Positions 48,273 through 57,938 of a DNA stretch of 64,000 nt are shown here, piece after piece (position 1 is the stretch's first letter; each line of letters begins with the position of its first letter). This DNA is from an uncultured virus (IMG/VR IMGVR_UViG_3300025133_000078) (lineage: Duplodnaviria > Heunggongvirae > Uroviricota > Caudoviricetes). The notes beneath the pieces are model-generated. The model saw only the letters and a program-made list of their open reading frames with translations, was not told where the DNA came from and did no database searches. The position numbers were made by a program, and so were the translations under genes. Location of the stretch: the IMG/VR virus record IMGVR_UViG_3300025133_000078; one strand, given 5' to 3'.

Positions 48273-51200
48273 TTGAAGTTTGCCCACATAGCAGATACCC
48301 ATATTAAAAATTTGAAGTACCATTCCGAGTATAGGATCGTTTTTGACAAACTATACGAGATACTAAGAGAAGAAAGCCCGGATTATATCGTCCATTGCGG
48401 CGACATTGCACACACGAAGACACAAATCAGCCCAGAGTTCGTTGAGATGTGCTCGGAATTCCTGAGTTCCTTGGCTAATATAGCTCCGACCTATGTTATT
48501 TTGGGGAATCACGATGGAAACTTGCGCAATAGTAGCCGTCAGGACGCCCTCACGCCTATCGTAGAAGCTTTAAACCACAAAGACCTACATTTACTTAAGA
48601 AATCGGGAGAAATCCCCCTACGAGGCGATATAACGCTAAATGTTCTATCTGTTTTCGACGAAGGGGGTTGGGTTAAGCCCTCTAATCCGGACAAGATTAA
48701 CATCGCACTCTATCATGGTTCGGTATCCGGAGTTATTACCGATACAGGTTGGGTCATGACCCACGGAGAGCATCCCATTGAAATTTTTGAGGGTCACGAT
48801 TACGGATTCTTGGGGGATATTCACAAAACAGACCAAAGTCTTGATGCCGAGGGTAAAATTCGTTATGCCGGCTCAACAATCCAACAAAATCACGGAGAAA
48901 CAAATGACAAGGGCTTTTTACTATGGGACATTCAAAGTAAAGAAAACTTTACTTGTAAGCATTTTGAGCTTAAAAATCCGAGGCCTTTTGTAACTATCAA
49001 TTTAACCTCGGAAGGCAAGATACCTCCCCCCGCGACCAAGGATATTCCAGAAAGGGCACGCCTCCGTCTGGTTTCTGCCAACAATCTTCCGATCGATGTC
49101 ATGAAGAGGGCAATGGAAGTAGCAAAGCAGAGATTTAAGCCAGAAAGTATCAAGTTTCTTAACCGGGCTTCCGGCCAATCAGGTGCCCCTCAGAATATCA
49201 CTGATGGCTTGGAGACAGAAGACCTAAGAGATGTCCAAATTCAAGAAGAACTCATCAAGGAATATCTAAAGGACTTCGAAGCGGACGATGAGTTGATGGA
49301 ACGGGTCCTAAATCTCAACTTAAAGTACAATAAAATTGCCGAAGAGAGCGAGGAAGTCTCAAGAAACATTAATTGGAGTCTTCGTTCTATAGAGTGGGAT
49401 AATCTTTTTAATTATGGAGAGGGGAATGTTATCAATTTTGATAACTTAGGTGGGATCATTGGAATTTTTGGAAAGAACTTCTCCGGGAAATCAAGTATTA
49501 TTGATTCAATCTTATATACAATCTATAATTCAACATCAAAAAATGATAGAAAAAATCTCAACATCATAAATCAGAACAAAGATATCGGATCCGGAAGGGT
49601 AAAGATCTCTGTCGGAGACCAAGACTATTATATCGAGCGCAACTCAGAGAAATATACGCGAAAGCTAAAGGGGGAAGTAACCCAGGAGGCAAGAACTAAT
49701 ACAGAATTTAAAGTATATAGTCCGATTACTGACAGCATAGAAAGTCTCAATGGGCTGACTAGAAATCAGACAGACAAAAACATTCGAAAGATTTTCGGCA
49801 CCCTGGACGACTTCCTTTATTCGTCTATGGCGTCACAAATGGATTCTCTAACCTTTATTAAAGAGGGGTCCACCAAGAGAAAAGAAATTCTCGCTAAATT
49901 TTTGGATCTTGAGTTCTTCGAGAGAAAATTCAAATTATCGAAGGAAGATGCCTCCGACACTAAGGGCGCCCTAAGAAAATCCGAAGGCAGAGACTTTAAT
50001 AGTGAAGTCTTGTCCGCGCAGGAAGAATTGGACACCATCAACAATAGGTTAGAAATAAAGAAAAAGAATTGTGAATCCATAAAATTTAATATTTCACAAT
50101 GTGGTGGTGAAATAGAAGCCATTAACGAAAAAATTAAATCAATTCCGGCTGAAATAATCGATGTCATGAAAGTTCAAGAAGAGTTGAGTGACAAAAGAAA
50201 CCAATTAATTTCAGTTTCTGACCAAAGTAGTGAATTTTGTAAGAACAGGGAAGCGGCCAAAGATAAATATAGAAAATCTTTGGTGTTTTTGGATAGTTAC
50301 GACAAAGAAAGCTTATTTGAGAGGCAGGCGAAAGCGGAGGAGTTTATAGAGCAGATGATCGCCTTGGAATCCAGTCTTTCAACAGAAAAAGAAGATCTCA
50401 AGAGGAACCAAAACAAGCTTCAATTGCTAAGTGGGATCCCTTGCGCAACTGCTTTTCCAAAGTGTAAATTTATAAAGGATGCATATATATCAAAGGCGAA
50501 CATTCCACTAAATGAGCGCGAGATTAATAATTTATCAGAACAGGTTGATGACTTGAGTGATGAGATAGAAGAATTAAATCCAGCCGAGGTGGAGGATCAT
50601 ATAAGTAAATATAATGAATTGGTTGGCCTTAAAAATTCATTATCGAATAAAATTACCAATTATGATTTGAAAATAGAGAAAAATTCAAGCATCATAAAGA
50701 CTTTAATGATAGACATTCAGGCCTCAGAGGAAAAAGTCTCCCAATACGAACTAAATAAGGAAATTATTGAGAATTTGGAGAATCTATCTCAAAAGCTCAA
50801 GAGTTTAAAAATTAAATCGCAAAACTTCCAGAGCAAATTGGAGGCATGCAACATTAAAATTCTAGATTTATATAAGGCTGTTGGGTCTTTGGAGCAAAAG
50901 GTAGCCAATATTGTGACTCAACGCGCTGAATATTTGGATCTTCAGGAAGAATTCTCTGCTTACGACCTCTATATGCGCGCCATGCATCCAAATGGCATCG
51001 CTTACGATGTAATTAAGAGAAAACTTCCCATTATTAACGAAGAAATCGCCAAGATTTTGGCAAATATCGTAGAATTTGAGGTTTTCTTCGAGGATGACGG
51101 CAAGAGGCTTGATATTTTTATCAAACACCCAAGACATGAGCCCCGCCCGCTTGAAATGGGGTCCGGAGCAGAGAAAACAATAGCAGCTATGGCCATAAGA

Positions 51201-51431
51201 CTGGCCCTGTTAAGTGTTTCTTCGCTCCCAAAGTCTGATATCTTTATTCTTGACGAGCCGGGAACAGCTTTAGACGAAGAAAACATGCAAGGCTTCGTTG
51301 ACATTCTTGATCTGATTAAATCATACTTCAAGACCGTTCTTCTCATCTCTCATTTAGATAGTCTCAAAGATTGTGTTGATATGCAGATCACAATCGACAA
51401 AAGAGATGGATATGCATTTATTCAACAATAA
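48273..51431 (+). CDS. Fused SbcD/Mre11 nuclease - SbcC/Rad50 ATPase (gp47-gp46-like)
   Basis: ADTH, GDIAH, GNHD, HG, GDIH phosphoesterase motifs, then GKNFSGKSS Walker A, coiled coil, GSGAE, ILDEP, ISH. Confidence 0.9.
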   Translation: MKFAHIADTHIKNLKYHSEYRIVFDKLYEILREESPDYIVHCGDIAHTKTQISPEFVEMCSEFLSSLANIAPTYVILGNHDGNLRNSSRQDALTPIVEALNHKDLHLLKKSGEIPLRGDITLNVLSVFDEGGWVKPSNPDKINIALYHGSVSGVITDTGWVMTHGEHPIEIFEGHDYGFLGDIHKTDQSLDAEGKIRYAGSTIQQNHGETNDKGFLLWDIQSKENFTCKHFELKNPRPFVTINLTSEGKIPPPATKDIPERARLRLVSANNLPIDVMKRAMEVAKQRFKPESIKFLNRASGQSGAPQNITDGLETEDLRDVQIQEELIKEYLKDFEADDELMERVLNLNLKYNKIAEESEEVSRNINWSLRSIEWDNLFNYGEGNVINFDNLGGIIGIFGKNFSGKSSIIDSILYTIYNSTSKNDRKNLNIINQNKDIGSGRVKISVGDQDYYIERNSEKYTRKLKGEVTQEARTNTEFKVYSPITDSIESLNGLTRNQTDKNIRKIFGTLDDFLYSSMASQMDSLTFIKEGSTKRKEILAKFLDLEFFERKFKLSKEDASDTKGALRKSEGRDFNSEVLSAQEELDTINNRLEIKKKNCESIKFNISQCGGEIEAINEKIKSIPAEIIDVMKVQEELSDKRNQLISVSDQSSEFCKNREAAKDKYRKSLVFLDSYDKESLFERQAKAEEFIEQMIALESSLSTEKEDLKRNQNKLQLLSGIPCATAFPKCKFIKDAYISKANIPLNEREINNLSEQVDDLSDEIEELNPAEVEDHISKYNELVGLKNSLSNKITNYDLKIEKNSSIIKTLMIDIQASEEKVSQYELNKEIIENLENLSQKLKSLKIKSQNFQSKLEACNIKILDLYKAVGSLEQKVANIVTQRAEYLDLQEEFSAYDLYMRAMHPNGIAYDVIKRKLPIINEEIAKILANIVEFEVFFEDDGKRLDIFIKHPRHEPRPLEMGSGAEKTIAAMAIRLALLSVSSLPKSDIFILDEPGTALDEENMQGFVDILDLIKSYFKTVLLISHLDSLKDCVDMQITIDKRDGYAFIQQ

Positions 51432-51432
51432 G

Positions 51433-51441
51433 ACTAATTAT
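51433..51441 (+). promoter_or_regulatory. Putative late promoter variant ACTAATTAT
   Basis: Intergenic, 19 nt before ATG 51461, upstream of AGGAGG RBS. Confidence 0.5.
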
Positions 51442-51460
51442 AAGCGCAAAAGGAGGAATT

Positions 51461-51661
51461 ATGACAATGACTGAAGTGGCAAGAGGATTTATTGACAGAG
51501 CACTAGAGAAAGCAGTTTCACGAAAACTGCTCGTTTGGGCGGTAGCAACCGCCCTGATGTTTACCTCGCATATTGAGAGTGGTGATTGGCTAATTTTAAG
51601 CGCGTTATACATCGGTGGACAGTCCGTAATTGATGCAATTGTAAAATTGAAGGGCGCCTAG
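51461..51661 (+). CDS. Putative holin-like small membrane protein
   Basis: SRKLLV followed by two hydrophobic helices; 66 aa; dual Met start (M-T-M). Confidence 0.55.
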   Translation: MTMTEVARGFIDRALEKAVSRKLLVWAVATALMFTSHIESGDWLILSALYIGGQSVIDAIVKLKGA

Positions 51662-52062
51662 TGATTAATATTAACATCGGAGACATTTTTAAGTCAGTCG
51701 GCACCTTCCTGATCAAAAATTGGCAAGGTGTCGGCTTGGTTATTATGATTATCCTCTTTTTTGTGACAAAAAATGACTATGCCTCTCTGAAAAAATCCAT
51801 GGAAGTGATGAGTACGTCTTATGAAGATCAAATCGCTGCTATTGAAGAACTTCACAGGAGGGAGGTGGCAGCACGAGAGGCTGCAATAATAGAATATGAG
51901 AAAGAATTGAGAGAATTGACGGATAAACACGATGAGGCCCTCGAAGACCTCGGAATAGCGAGAGAAGAAGAAATAGAAGAGTTCATAAGAGATTTTGACG
52001 AGCAGCCAGAAGAGCTGGCCAGAGAAATCGCTGAGACTTTTGGGTTTGAATATGTGGAATAA
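51661..52062 (+). CDS. Membrane-anchored coiled-coil protein (i-spanin-like)
   Basis: N-terminal TM helix followed by a long acidic coiled coil. Confidence 0.5.
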   Translation: MININIGDIFKSVGTFLIKNWQGVGLVIMIILFFVTKNDYASLKKSMEVMSTSYEDQIAAIEELHRREVAAREAAIIEYEKELRELTDKHDEALEDLGIAREEEIEEFIRDFDEQPEELAREIAETFGFEYVE

Positions 52063-52483
52063 AGTCCTAATACTATTCTTTTTGGCGTTTTCGAGCCAAT
52101 CATTCGCCTCGGATGGCAAATTCACCTTTGTCCAGGAGGGCGAACCGGCTTCTTTCACCGGAACCATCTTCGATCCAGAGGCAACAGCAAGATTGTTGGC
52201 CAATAGCAAATTTCTCAAAGAAGAATACAGCTTAAAACTCGGGTTCGAACTTAATAAACAACAGGCTCAGTATGAGTTAAAGATCAATCAACTTAATATC
52301 ACAATTGATACAGAAAGGGAGAGATACGAGACCACTCTAAATCTAAAAAACACCGAGATTGAACAATTAAATAAAATCATTGCTAAAAAACCCGGAAAGA
52401 GTGCCCTTATGTGGGGGATTATTGGAGGATTTGTCGTAGGCGTAGGCGCCACAGTCGGATTATCATATGCGGTTAATAAATGA
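52052..52483 (+). CDS. Exported coiled-coil protein with C-terminal hydrophobic helix (spanin-partner-like)
   Basis: Signal peptide MWNKVLILFFLAFSSQSFA, coiled coil, Gly-rich C-terminal TM; start at ATG 52052. Confidence 0.5.
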   Translation: MWNKVLILFFLAFSSQSFASDGKFTFVQEGEPASFTGTIFDPEATARLLANSKFLKEEYSLKLGFELNKQQAQYELKINQLNITIDTERERYETTLNLKNTEIEQLNKIIAKKPGKSALMWGIIGGFVVGVGATVGLSYAVNK

Positions 52484-52872
52484 AAAAAGATTTAAACGAA
52501 ATCGCCAAGTATGAAGTAGCTATTTCCAAGAAATACGGGAAAGAGGCCATACAGCACCCCAAGTCTGATTGGACTGACGAGAAAGAAGAAGAATATCAGC
52601 AGCAAATCCGTGAATTGCACCAAAAAGAGATAAAATACCGAGAAAAGAACGAAAAAGTAGAAGTTGATGGCATTTTAGTATCTAAAAAACTATTTAGTAG
52701 AGACGAGGATCGAGTTTGTCCGGTTTGTTCTTCTTATTCTTTTGAATTGCGAGACAATGTTTATATGACAAAATTTGATTGTTGTTTTAAGTGTTATATA
52801 CAGTGGATAGAAGGTAGAGAAAACAGGTGGAAATCGGGCTGGCGCCCAACTAAAAAAGGAATAAAATTATGA
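52480..52872 (+). CDS. Hypothetical protein with Cys cluster
   Basis: CPVC...CCFKC and C-terminal WKSGWRP. Confidence 0.7.
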   Translation: MKKDLNEIAKYEVAISKKYGKEAIQHPKSDWTDEKEEEYQQQIRELHQKEIKYREKNEKVEVDGILVSKKLFSRDEDRVCPVCSSYSFELRDNVYMTKFDCCFKCYIQWIEGRENRWKSGWRPTKKGIKL

Positions 52873-53230
52873 AACTTACGAAATCACAGCTGAGAAGAAT
52901 TATCAAAGAAGAGATTACAGCAGTCGTCACAGAATCAGACTATGAAGAGACCTTTGGTCGCGCAGGCCTACAAAAACTGGCCCCAATGGATCATGCAGGC
53001 TACAGCCGTCGCACAGATGTTGAAGAAGCTGATCCAACTGATCGTGAACGAATTGCCTCTGTTCTGGCAAGTTCGGAATATGCTATTGACGACGCGGCGA
53101 TTGCCTCTATTCTTGGAATTATTGAAAAGAGTGCGCGCCGGAAATCCGAATACGGCCCGGAAGAATGGGATATCCATGGAAATATAACAAACGACGACTA
53201 GTCGAAAAGGAATAAAATTATGAAACTTAC
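52854..53230 (+). repeat. 26-bp direct repeat AAAAGGAATAAAATTATGAAACTTAC (RBS plus start) at 52854-52879 and 53205-53230
   Basis: Exact match read from sequence; similarity continues through the KEEI codons. Confidence 0.85.
52869..53201 (+). CDS. MKLTK-leader protein 1 (putative internal head protein)
   Basis: N-terminus MKLTKSQLRRIIKEEI. Confidence 0.7.
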   Translation: MKLTKSQLRRIIKEEITAVVTESDYEETFGRAGLQKLAPMDHAGYSRRTDVEEADPTDRERIASVLASSEYAIDDAAIASILGIIEKSARRKSEYGPEEWDIHGNITNDD

Positions 53231-53576
53231 AAAATCTCAATTGAGAAAAATTATTAAAGAAGAAATCGAAGCTGTTGTTTCCGAAGACGAGCAAATGGGT
53301 ACCCCAATCAATCAGGCTGCTTTTTTGCCAGATGATCTCTTGCACCGCGCAGCGCAAGACTGGATCGACGAACTTATGAGTCCAGCAATTAAAGCCGCAG
53401 AGGCTGGAGATCCCGGAGCCCAGAAATTTCTTGACAGAGTGGGCACCCCCGATGCGGCATCGCTCATACAGGCCCTCAGAGATGTTACAATGGGAGAGAA
53501 GGGTTCGGATAAAACCATCCACACATTGGCTAAAAGCCTCGAAAAAGAGAAGTTCGGCGGCGGCTACCAAAAATAA
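53220..53576 (+). CDS. MKLTK-leader protein 2 (putative internal head protein)
   Basis: N-terminus MKLTKSQLRKIIKEEI. Confidence 0.7.
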   Translation: MKLTKSQLRKIIKEEIEAVVSEDEQMGTPINQAAFLPDDLLHRAAQDWIDELMSPAIKAAEAGDPGAQKFLDRVGTPDAASLIQALRDVTMGEKGSDKTIHTLAKSLEKEKFGGGYQK

Positions 53577-53591
53577 AAGGAAATTAAAACA

Positions 53592-54368
53592 ATGGCTACA
53601 ACATTAGAAATTATTACAGGGATTAATCAGGCAGCAGCAAATGCTTATGATGGATCCCACGATGAACGCTTCGTAACCGGAGATGTCAAAAAGATTGGTC
53701 TAAGTCGGGAAGAGGGCTGCCCAATCGTTGATAGTCGGGTTTCTGATGGTTTCGGCGTGAAAATTGTCGGAGACATGCTCCAAATTAACTATGAATCAAA
53801 TGTCGCCCTGTCTTCTGTTTATGCAGTTGGCTTTGAGGAAGAGTGCGAACGCAAAATTCAACAGATCGCAGACTTTTTGAAGAAGGAATATAAGGCTATC
53901 ACTGGAAAATCACTCTCAATCACTCCACAAGGCGAAGCAAAGTGCGTTGTCCAGAATACATCAAGAGTGAGAACATTTGTGACAGCACACAAGATGTACA
54001 AGATTGGCGGAATGAAGAACGTAACAACTCTTGGCGAAGGAATCACCGATCCACTCGCTGTCAATTACCACAAGTTTCTAGAAGAAGGCGGATTCGCTAA
54101 GAAAGAAAGCCTTCTTGAAGATATCGACCACTTGCCGCCGGATCAAAAAGAAGAACTTATCGCCGCATGGAAAGCTGTCCAAGGCGCCAAAAAAGCCGTG
54201 CATCGACTTGATCAAGAAATAAGTGATTTCGCCAACGCGCCTCACGCCCGGGGCTATGTGGGTGACCACGGCCCGGGCCCAGATCGTGTCGAATGGAGGA
54301 GAGCCAAAGAGGAATTGGAGGTTCGCAAGCAGAATTTCAAGGATCTCAAAAAGAAATTAAATATTTAA
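53592..54368 (+). CDS. Hypothetical phage protein
   Basis: RBS AAGGA; immediately upstream of terminase. Confidence 0.7.
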   Translation: MATTLEIITGINQAAANAYDGSHDERFVTGDVKKIGLSREEGCPIVDSRVSDGFGVKIVGDMLQINYESNVALSSVYAVGFEEECERKIQQIADFLKKEYKAITGKSLSITPQGEAKCVVQNTSRVRTFVTAHKMYKIGGMKNVTTLGEGITDPLAVNYHKFLEEGGFAKKESLLEDIDHLPPDQKEELIAAWKAVQGAKKAVHRLDQEISDFANAPHARGYVGDHGPGPDRVEWRRAKEELEVRKQNFKDLKKKLNI

Positions 54369-54389
54369 GAGGCTCTAGAAGAATAAAAA

Positions 54390-55979
54390 ATGTCATACAC
54401 ACTCTCCAAAAAGGAAATAGTAGCAGAAATACTAAAGTGTGGAAAAGATCCGATCTACTTCGTAAATAATTACGCAAGAATCTCACACCCGATCAAAGGT
54501 CTTATTCCATTTAAGACTTATGACTATCAGGCTGACCTTTTAACAGATTTTAATGATTACCGCTTTAATGTAATCCTCAAAGCACGCCAGTTGGGCATCT
54601 CAACTATTGCTGCTGGCTATATTGTTTGGATGATGCTGTTTCATAGAGACAAGAACATCCTCGTTATGGCCACAAAATTCAAAACAGCGGCTAATCTTGT
54701 CAAAAAAGTCAAGGCAATTATGAAAAATGTCCCAGACTTTCTTCTTATCGCCAATATATCAATTGATAATAGAGCATCTTTCGAACTTTCCAACGGATCC
54801 CAAATTCAAGCAGCTTCAACTTCTGGCGATGCTGGTCGTTCCGAGGCGCTTTCTCTTTTGGTGATCGACGAGGCCGCCCATGTTGAGAATTTGGACGAGC
54901 TTTGGGCAGGATTATATCCTACGATTTCAACTGGTGGTCGAGTGATCGCTCTTTCTACTCCAAATGGTGTTGGAAACTGGTTTCACAAGACATATAGCGA
55001 GGCGGCGGAGGGGTCAAACGACTTTCACCCCGTTGTGCTGAATTGGGACGTCCACCCGGACCGAGATCGGGAGTGGTTTGAGAAAGAAACAAGAAATATG
55101 TCCCGACGAGAGATCGCCCAGGAGCTTGAATGCAACTTTAATACATCGGGCGAGAGCGTTATCCACCCAGATGACATTAATTGGATAGAGGGTCTGGTCT
55201 GTGATCCCAAATACAGGACCGGATTCGACAGAAATACTTGGATCTGGGAAGAATATGATCCGCAATGTTCTTATCTGCTGGTCGCGGACGTTGCAAGAGG
55301 CGACGGAGCCGACTATTCTGTGTTTCATATTATAAAATTAGAAACAATGGAGGTCATCGCAGAATATCAGGGGAAACCAAGCCTAGATATGTATGCCAAC
55401 GTCCTCATGCAAGCGGGAAAAGAATACGGAAATTGCTTATTGGTAGTGGAAAACGTTGGAATTGGAATATCTGTGCTTGAAAAGCTCATTGATTTGGAAT
55501 ATTCCAACTTATATTACTCCGTAAAAAGCACACACGAGTTTGTGGAAAGTCACCAGGGCGAGAGAATGGGCAGTGCGGTACCTGGATTTACAACTTCTTT
55601 AAAAACAAGGCCCCTTATTGTGGCAAAATTGGAAGAATTCATCAGAAACAAACTAATTAAAGTGTATTCAGTTCGTTTTTCTAACGAATTGCGCACTTTT
55701 ATCTGGTATAACGGTAAACCTCAAGCAATGAGGGGATATAATGATGACTTAATAATGTCATTAGCAATAGCATGCTGGGTAAGAGACACTGCGCTAACAG
55801 TAAATAAGAGGGATATAGAATTTAAAAAAGCTTGCTTAAACTCGATGGTAGCCGTCAACACAAAAATAAACACAACAATTCCAGGAATGGAAGGATATAA
55901 TAGAAAAGAAGCCTTAGACGAAAAAATGTTCAAAGCAAAAGAAGAATATAAACAATATTCTTGGTTAATAAAAGGATAA
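54390..55979 (+). CDS. Terminase large subunit (T4 gp17-like)
   Basis: LKARQLGIST Walker A, LVIDEAA Walker B, LSTPNG, ADVARGDGADYS nuclease, NDDLIMSLAI. Confidence 0.95.
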   Translation: MSYTLSKKEIVAEILKCGKDPIYFVNNYARISHPIKGLIPFKTYDYQADLLTDFNDYRFNVILKARQLGISTIAAGYIVWMMLFHRDKNILVMATKFKTAANLVKKVKAIMKNVPDFLLIANISIDNRASFELSNGSQIQAASTSGDAGRSEALSLLVIDEAAHVENLDELWAGLYPTISTGGRVIALSTPNGVGNWFHKTYSEAAEGSNDFHPVVLNWDVHPDRDREWFEKETRNMSRREIAQELECNFNTSGESVIHPDDINWIEGLVCDPKYRTGFDRNTWIWEEYDPQCSYLLVADVARGDGADYSVFHIIKLETMEVIAEYQGKPSLDMYANVLMQAGKEYGNCLLVVENVGIGISVLEKLIDLEYSNLYYSVKSTHEFVESHQGERMGSAVPGFTTSLKTRPLIVAKLEEFIRNKLIKVYSVRFSNELRTFIWYNGKPQAMRGYNDDLIMSLAIACWVRDTALTVNKRDIEFKKACLNSMVAVNTKINTTIPGMEGYNRKEALDEKMFKAKEEYKQYSWLIKG

Positions 55980-55982
55980 ATA

Positions 55983-57938
55983 ATGGCCGATAATAAGAAA
56001 AACCCAAATAATCCACAATCTGAGTTATTTAGAAGATTAACTAGGTTGTTCTCGGGCCCAATTGTAAATTGGCGCACTCAGATGAATCGAAAGATTCGCA
56101 GAACAGCACTAGACAAATATTCATCAGATTTTAGGTCGGCTTCTGGCCAACAATTCAAGAGATCTGAGTATAGTCCGTTTGATATTATGCATTCGAAGAT
56201 CATGGCGCAGCAAAATCGTGCTGAACGCTATGTTGATTACGAACAAATGGAGTATATGCCCGAAATTGCCTCGGCAATGGACATTTATGCCGACGAAATG
56301 ACAACACATACGGCCCTAACTCCCATGTTGACAATTGATTGTCCCAACGAGGAGATCAAATCAATTCTTCAGTCACTTTATACAAATATTTTAAATCTTG
56401 AGCACAACCTTTTTGGTTGGTGCCGCTCAATGTGCAAGTTCGGAGATTTTATTCTCTACATGGACCTTGATGAGAGGCTTGGGGTCAAATCCGTCATTCC
56501 CCTTCCCCTCAAAGAGGTCGAACGACTTGAGGGAGAAGACCCTTCAAACCCAAATTATGTCCAATATCAATGGAATTCCGGTGGAATGACCTTCGAAAAT
56601 TGGCAAGTTGCCCACTTTAGGGTGCTCGGCAACGATAAATACGCCCCATACGGAACATCGGTTCTTGAATCTGGACGTCGTATCTGGCGCCAGCTTGTTT
56701 TGATGGAAGATGCCATGATGGCTTACCGTATTGTGCGTTCCGCAGAAAGAAGGGTGTTCTATATCGACGTTGGCAACATTGCTCCACAAGATGTAGAAAC
56801 ATTCGTTCAGAAAACGATCACATCTATGAAGAGAAATCAGGTCGTTAACGCAGACACTGGCCGCGTTGATTTGAGATATAACCCCCTTTCCGTGGAAGAA
56901 GATTATTTCATCCCAGTCCGGGGAGGGGAATCCTCCAAAATTGAAACTCTCCAGGGTGGACAGTTTACAGGCGATATTGACGATGTTAAATACCTTCGCG
57001 ATAAGATGTTCGCAGCCTTAAAAATTCCAACAGCTTATTTGTCAAGTGATTCGGAAGCAAATGAGGATAAAACTACACTATCCCAGAAAGATGTCCGTTT
57101 TTCGAGAACTATCCAGCGACTACAGCGCGCCGTTGTCTCAGAGCTTGAGAAAATCGGGATTGTTCACTTATATACCCTCGGTTTCCGTGGCGATGACCTT
57201 GTTAGTTTCAAATTGAAACTAAACAATCCATCAAAAATCGCAGAAATGCAAGAATTGGAGCACTGGAAGATCAAGTTCGACATTGCGGGCGGAGCCACAG
57301 AGAATTTCTTCAGCCGTCGTTGGATCGCCCAGAACCTCTTCAACCTTTCAGAAGAGGAGTTTGTCAGAAATCAGAGAGAAATGTTCCACGATAGGAAATT
57401 CGAAGCAGAGCTTAACGCCGCTGCGGAAGCAGCCGGCGAAGAGGCCTCTGGAGGGATGGGTGATCTTGGTGGCGAACTCGGAGGAGATGATCTCGGCGGA
57501 GATCTAGATCTCGGCGGAGATCTCGGCGGAGATCTTGGAGGTGAAGATCTTGGAGGTGAAGAGGCGGAAGGCGACGAAGGTCCACTCCTGGCTGCACCAG
57601 CAAAAAGAGACGACAGAGACAGAAAGCACACCGAGAAATCTCGCTCGAAGCGCGCCAAAGGAAAAATGTATGTTTCTAAGAAACATCGCGGCGGGGACAG
57701 TAGGTCCGGTCGCCAACACAACTATTCCGCCATGGCAAACCCAAAGCCAAAGGATATCACCCCGGGAATGTCTAATATAATGGGCCTTTCTCGTGGTATT
57801 TACGAAGTTCAGGCGCCTATTTATAGCGAGGAAGAATCACTATTGTTCGAGGCAAAGTCAGAAATTCGTGATTTAATTACAGAATTGGAAAATTCGGAGA
57901 TTCAAATAGATGAAGATGAAACACAACAAAAAGCGTAA
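55983..57938 (+). CDS. Portal protein (T4 gp20-like)
   Basis: PEIASAMDIYADE, MEDAMMAYRIVR.AERRVFYIDVGN, EEDYFIPVRGG, IDDVKYLRDK. Confidence 0.95.
   Translation: MADNKKNPNNPQSELFRRLTRLFSGPIVNWRTQMNRKIRRTALDKYSSDFRSASGQQFKRSEYSPFDIMHSKIMAQQNRAERYVDYEQMEYMPEIASAMDIYADEMTTHTALTPMLTIDCPNEEIKSILQSLYTNILNLEHNLFGWCRSMCKFGDFILYMDLDERLGVKSVIPLPLKEVERLEGEDPSNPNYVQYQWNSGGMTFENWQVAHFRVLGNDKYAPYGTSVLESGRRIWRQLVLMEDAMMAYRIVRSAERRVFYIDVGNIAPQDVETFVQKTITSMKRNQVVNADTGRVDLRYNPLSVEEDYFIPVRGGESSKIETLQGGQFTGDIDDVKYLRDKMFAALKIPTAYLSSDSEANEDKTTLSQKDVRFSRTIQRLQRAVVSELEKIGIVHLYTLGFRGDDLVSFKLKLNNPSKIAEMQELEHWKIKFDIAGGATENFFSRRWIAQNLFNLSEEEFVRNQREMFHDRKFEAELNAAAEAAGEEASGGMGDLGGELGGDDLGGDLDLGGDLGGDLGGEDLGGEEAEGDEGPLLAAPAKRDDRDRKHTEKSRSKRAKGKMYVSKKHRGGDSRSGRQHNYSAMANPKPKDITPGMSNIMGLSRGIYEVQAPIYSEEESLLFEAKSEIRDLITELENSEIQIDEDETQQKA
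57459..57560 (+). repeat. Imperfect GGDL(G) coding repeats in the portal C-terminal tail
   Basis: Repeated GGAGATCTCGGC / GATCTTGGAGGT units. Confidence 0.8.

Noticed and set aside
54390..57938. Inteins or introns in terminase and portal
   Set aside because: Lengths and motif order are normal; no splice-junction or homing-endonuclease motifs
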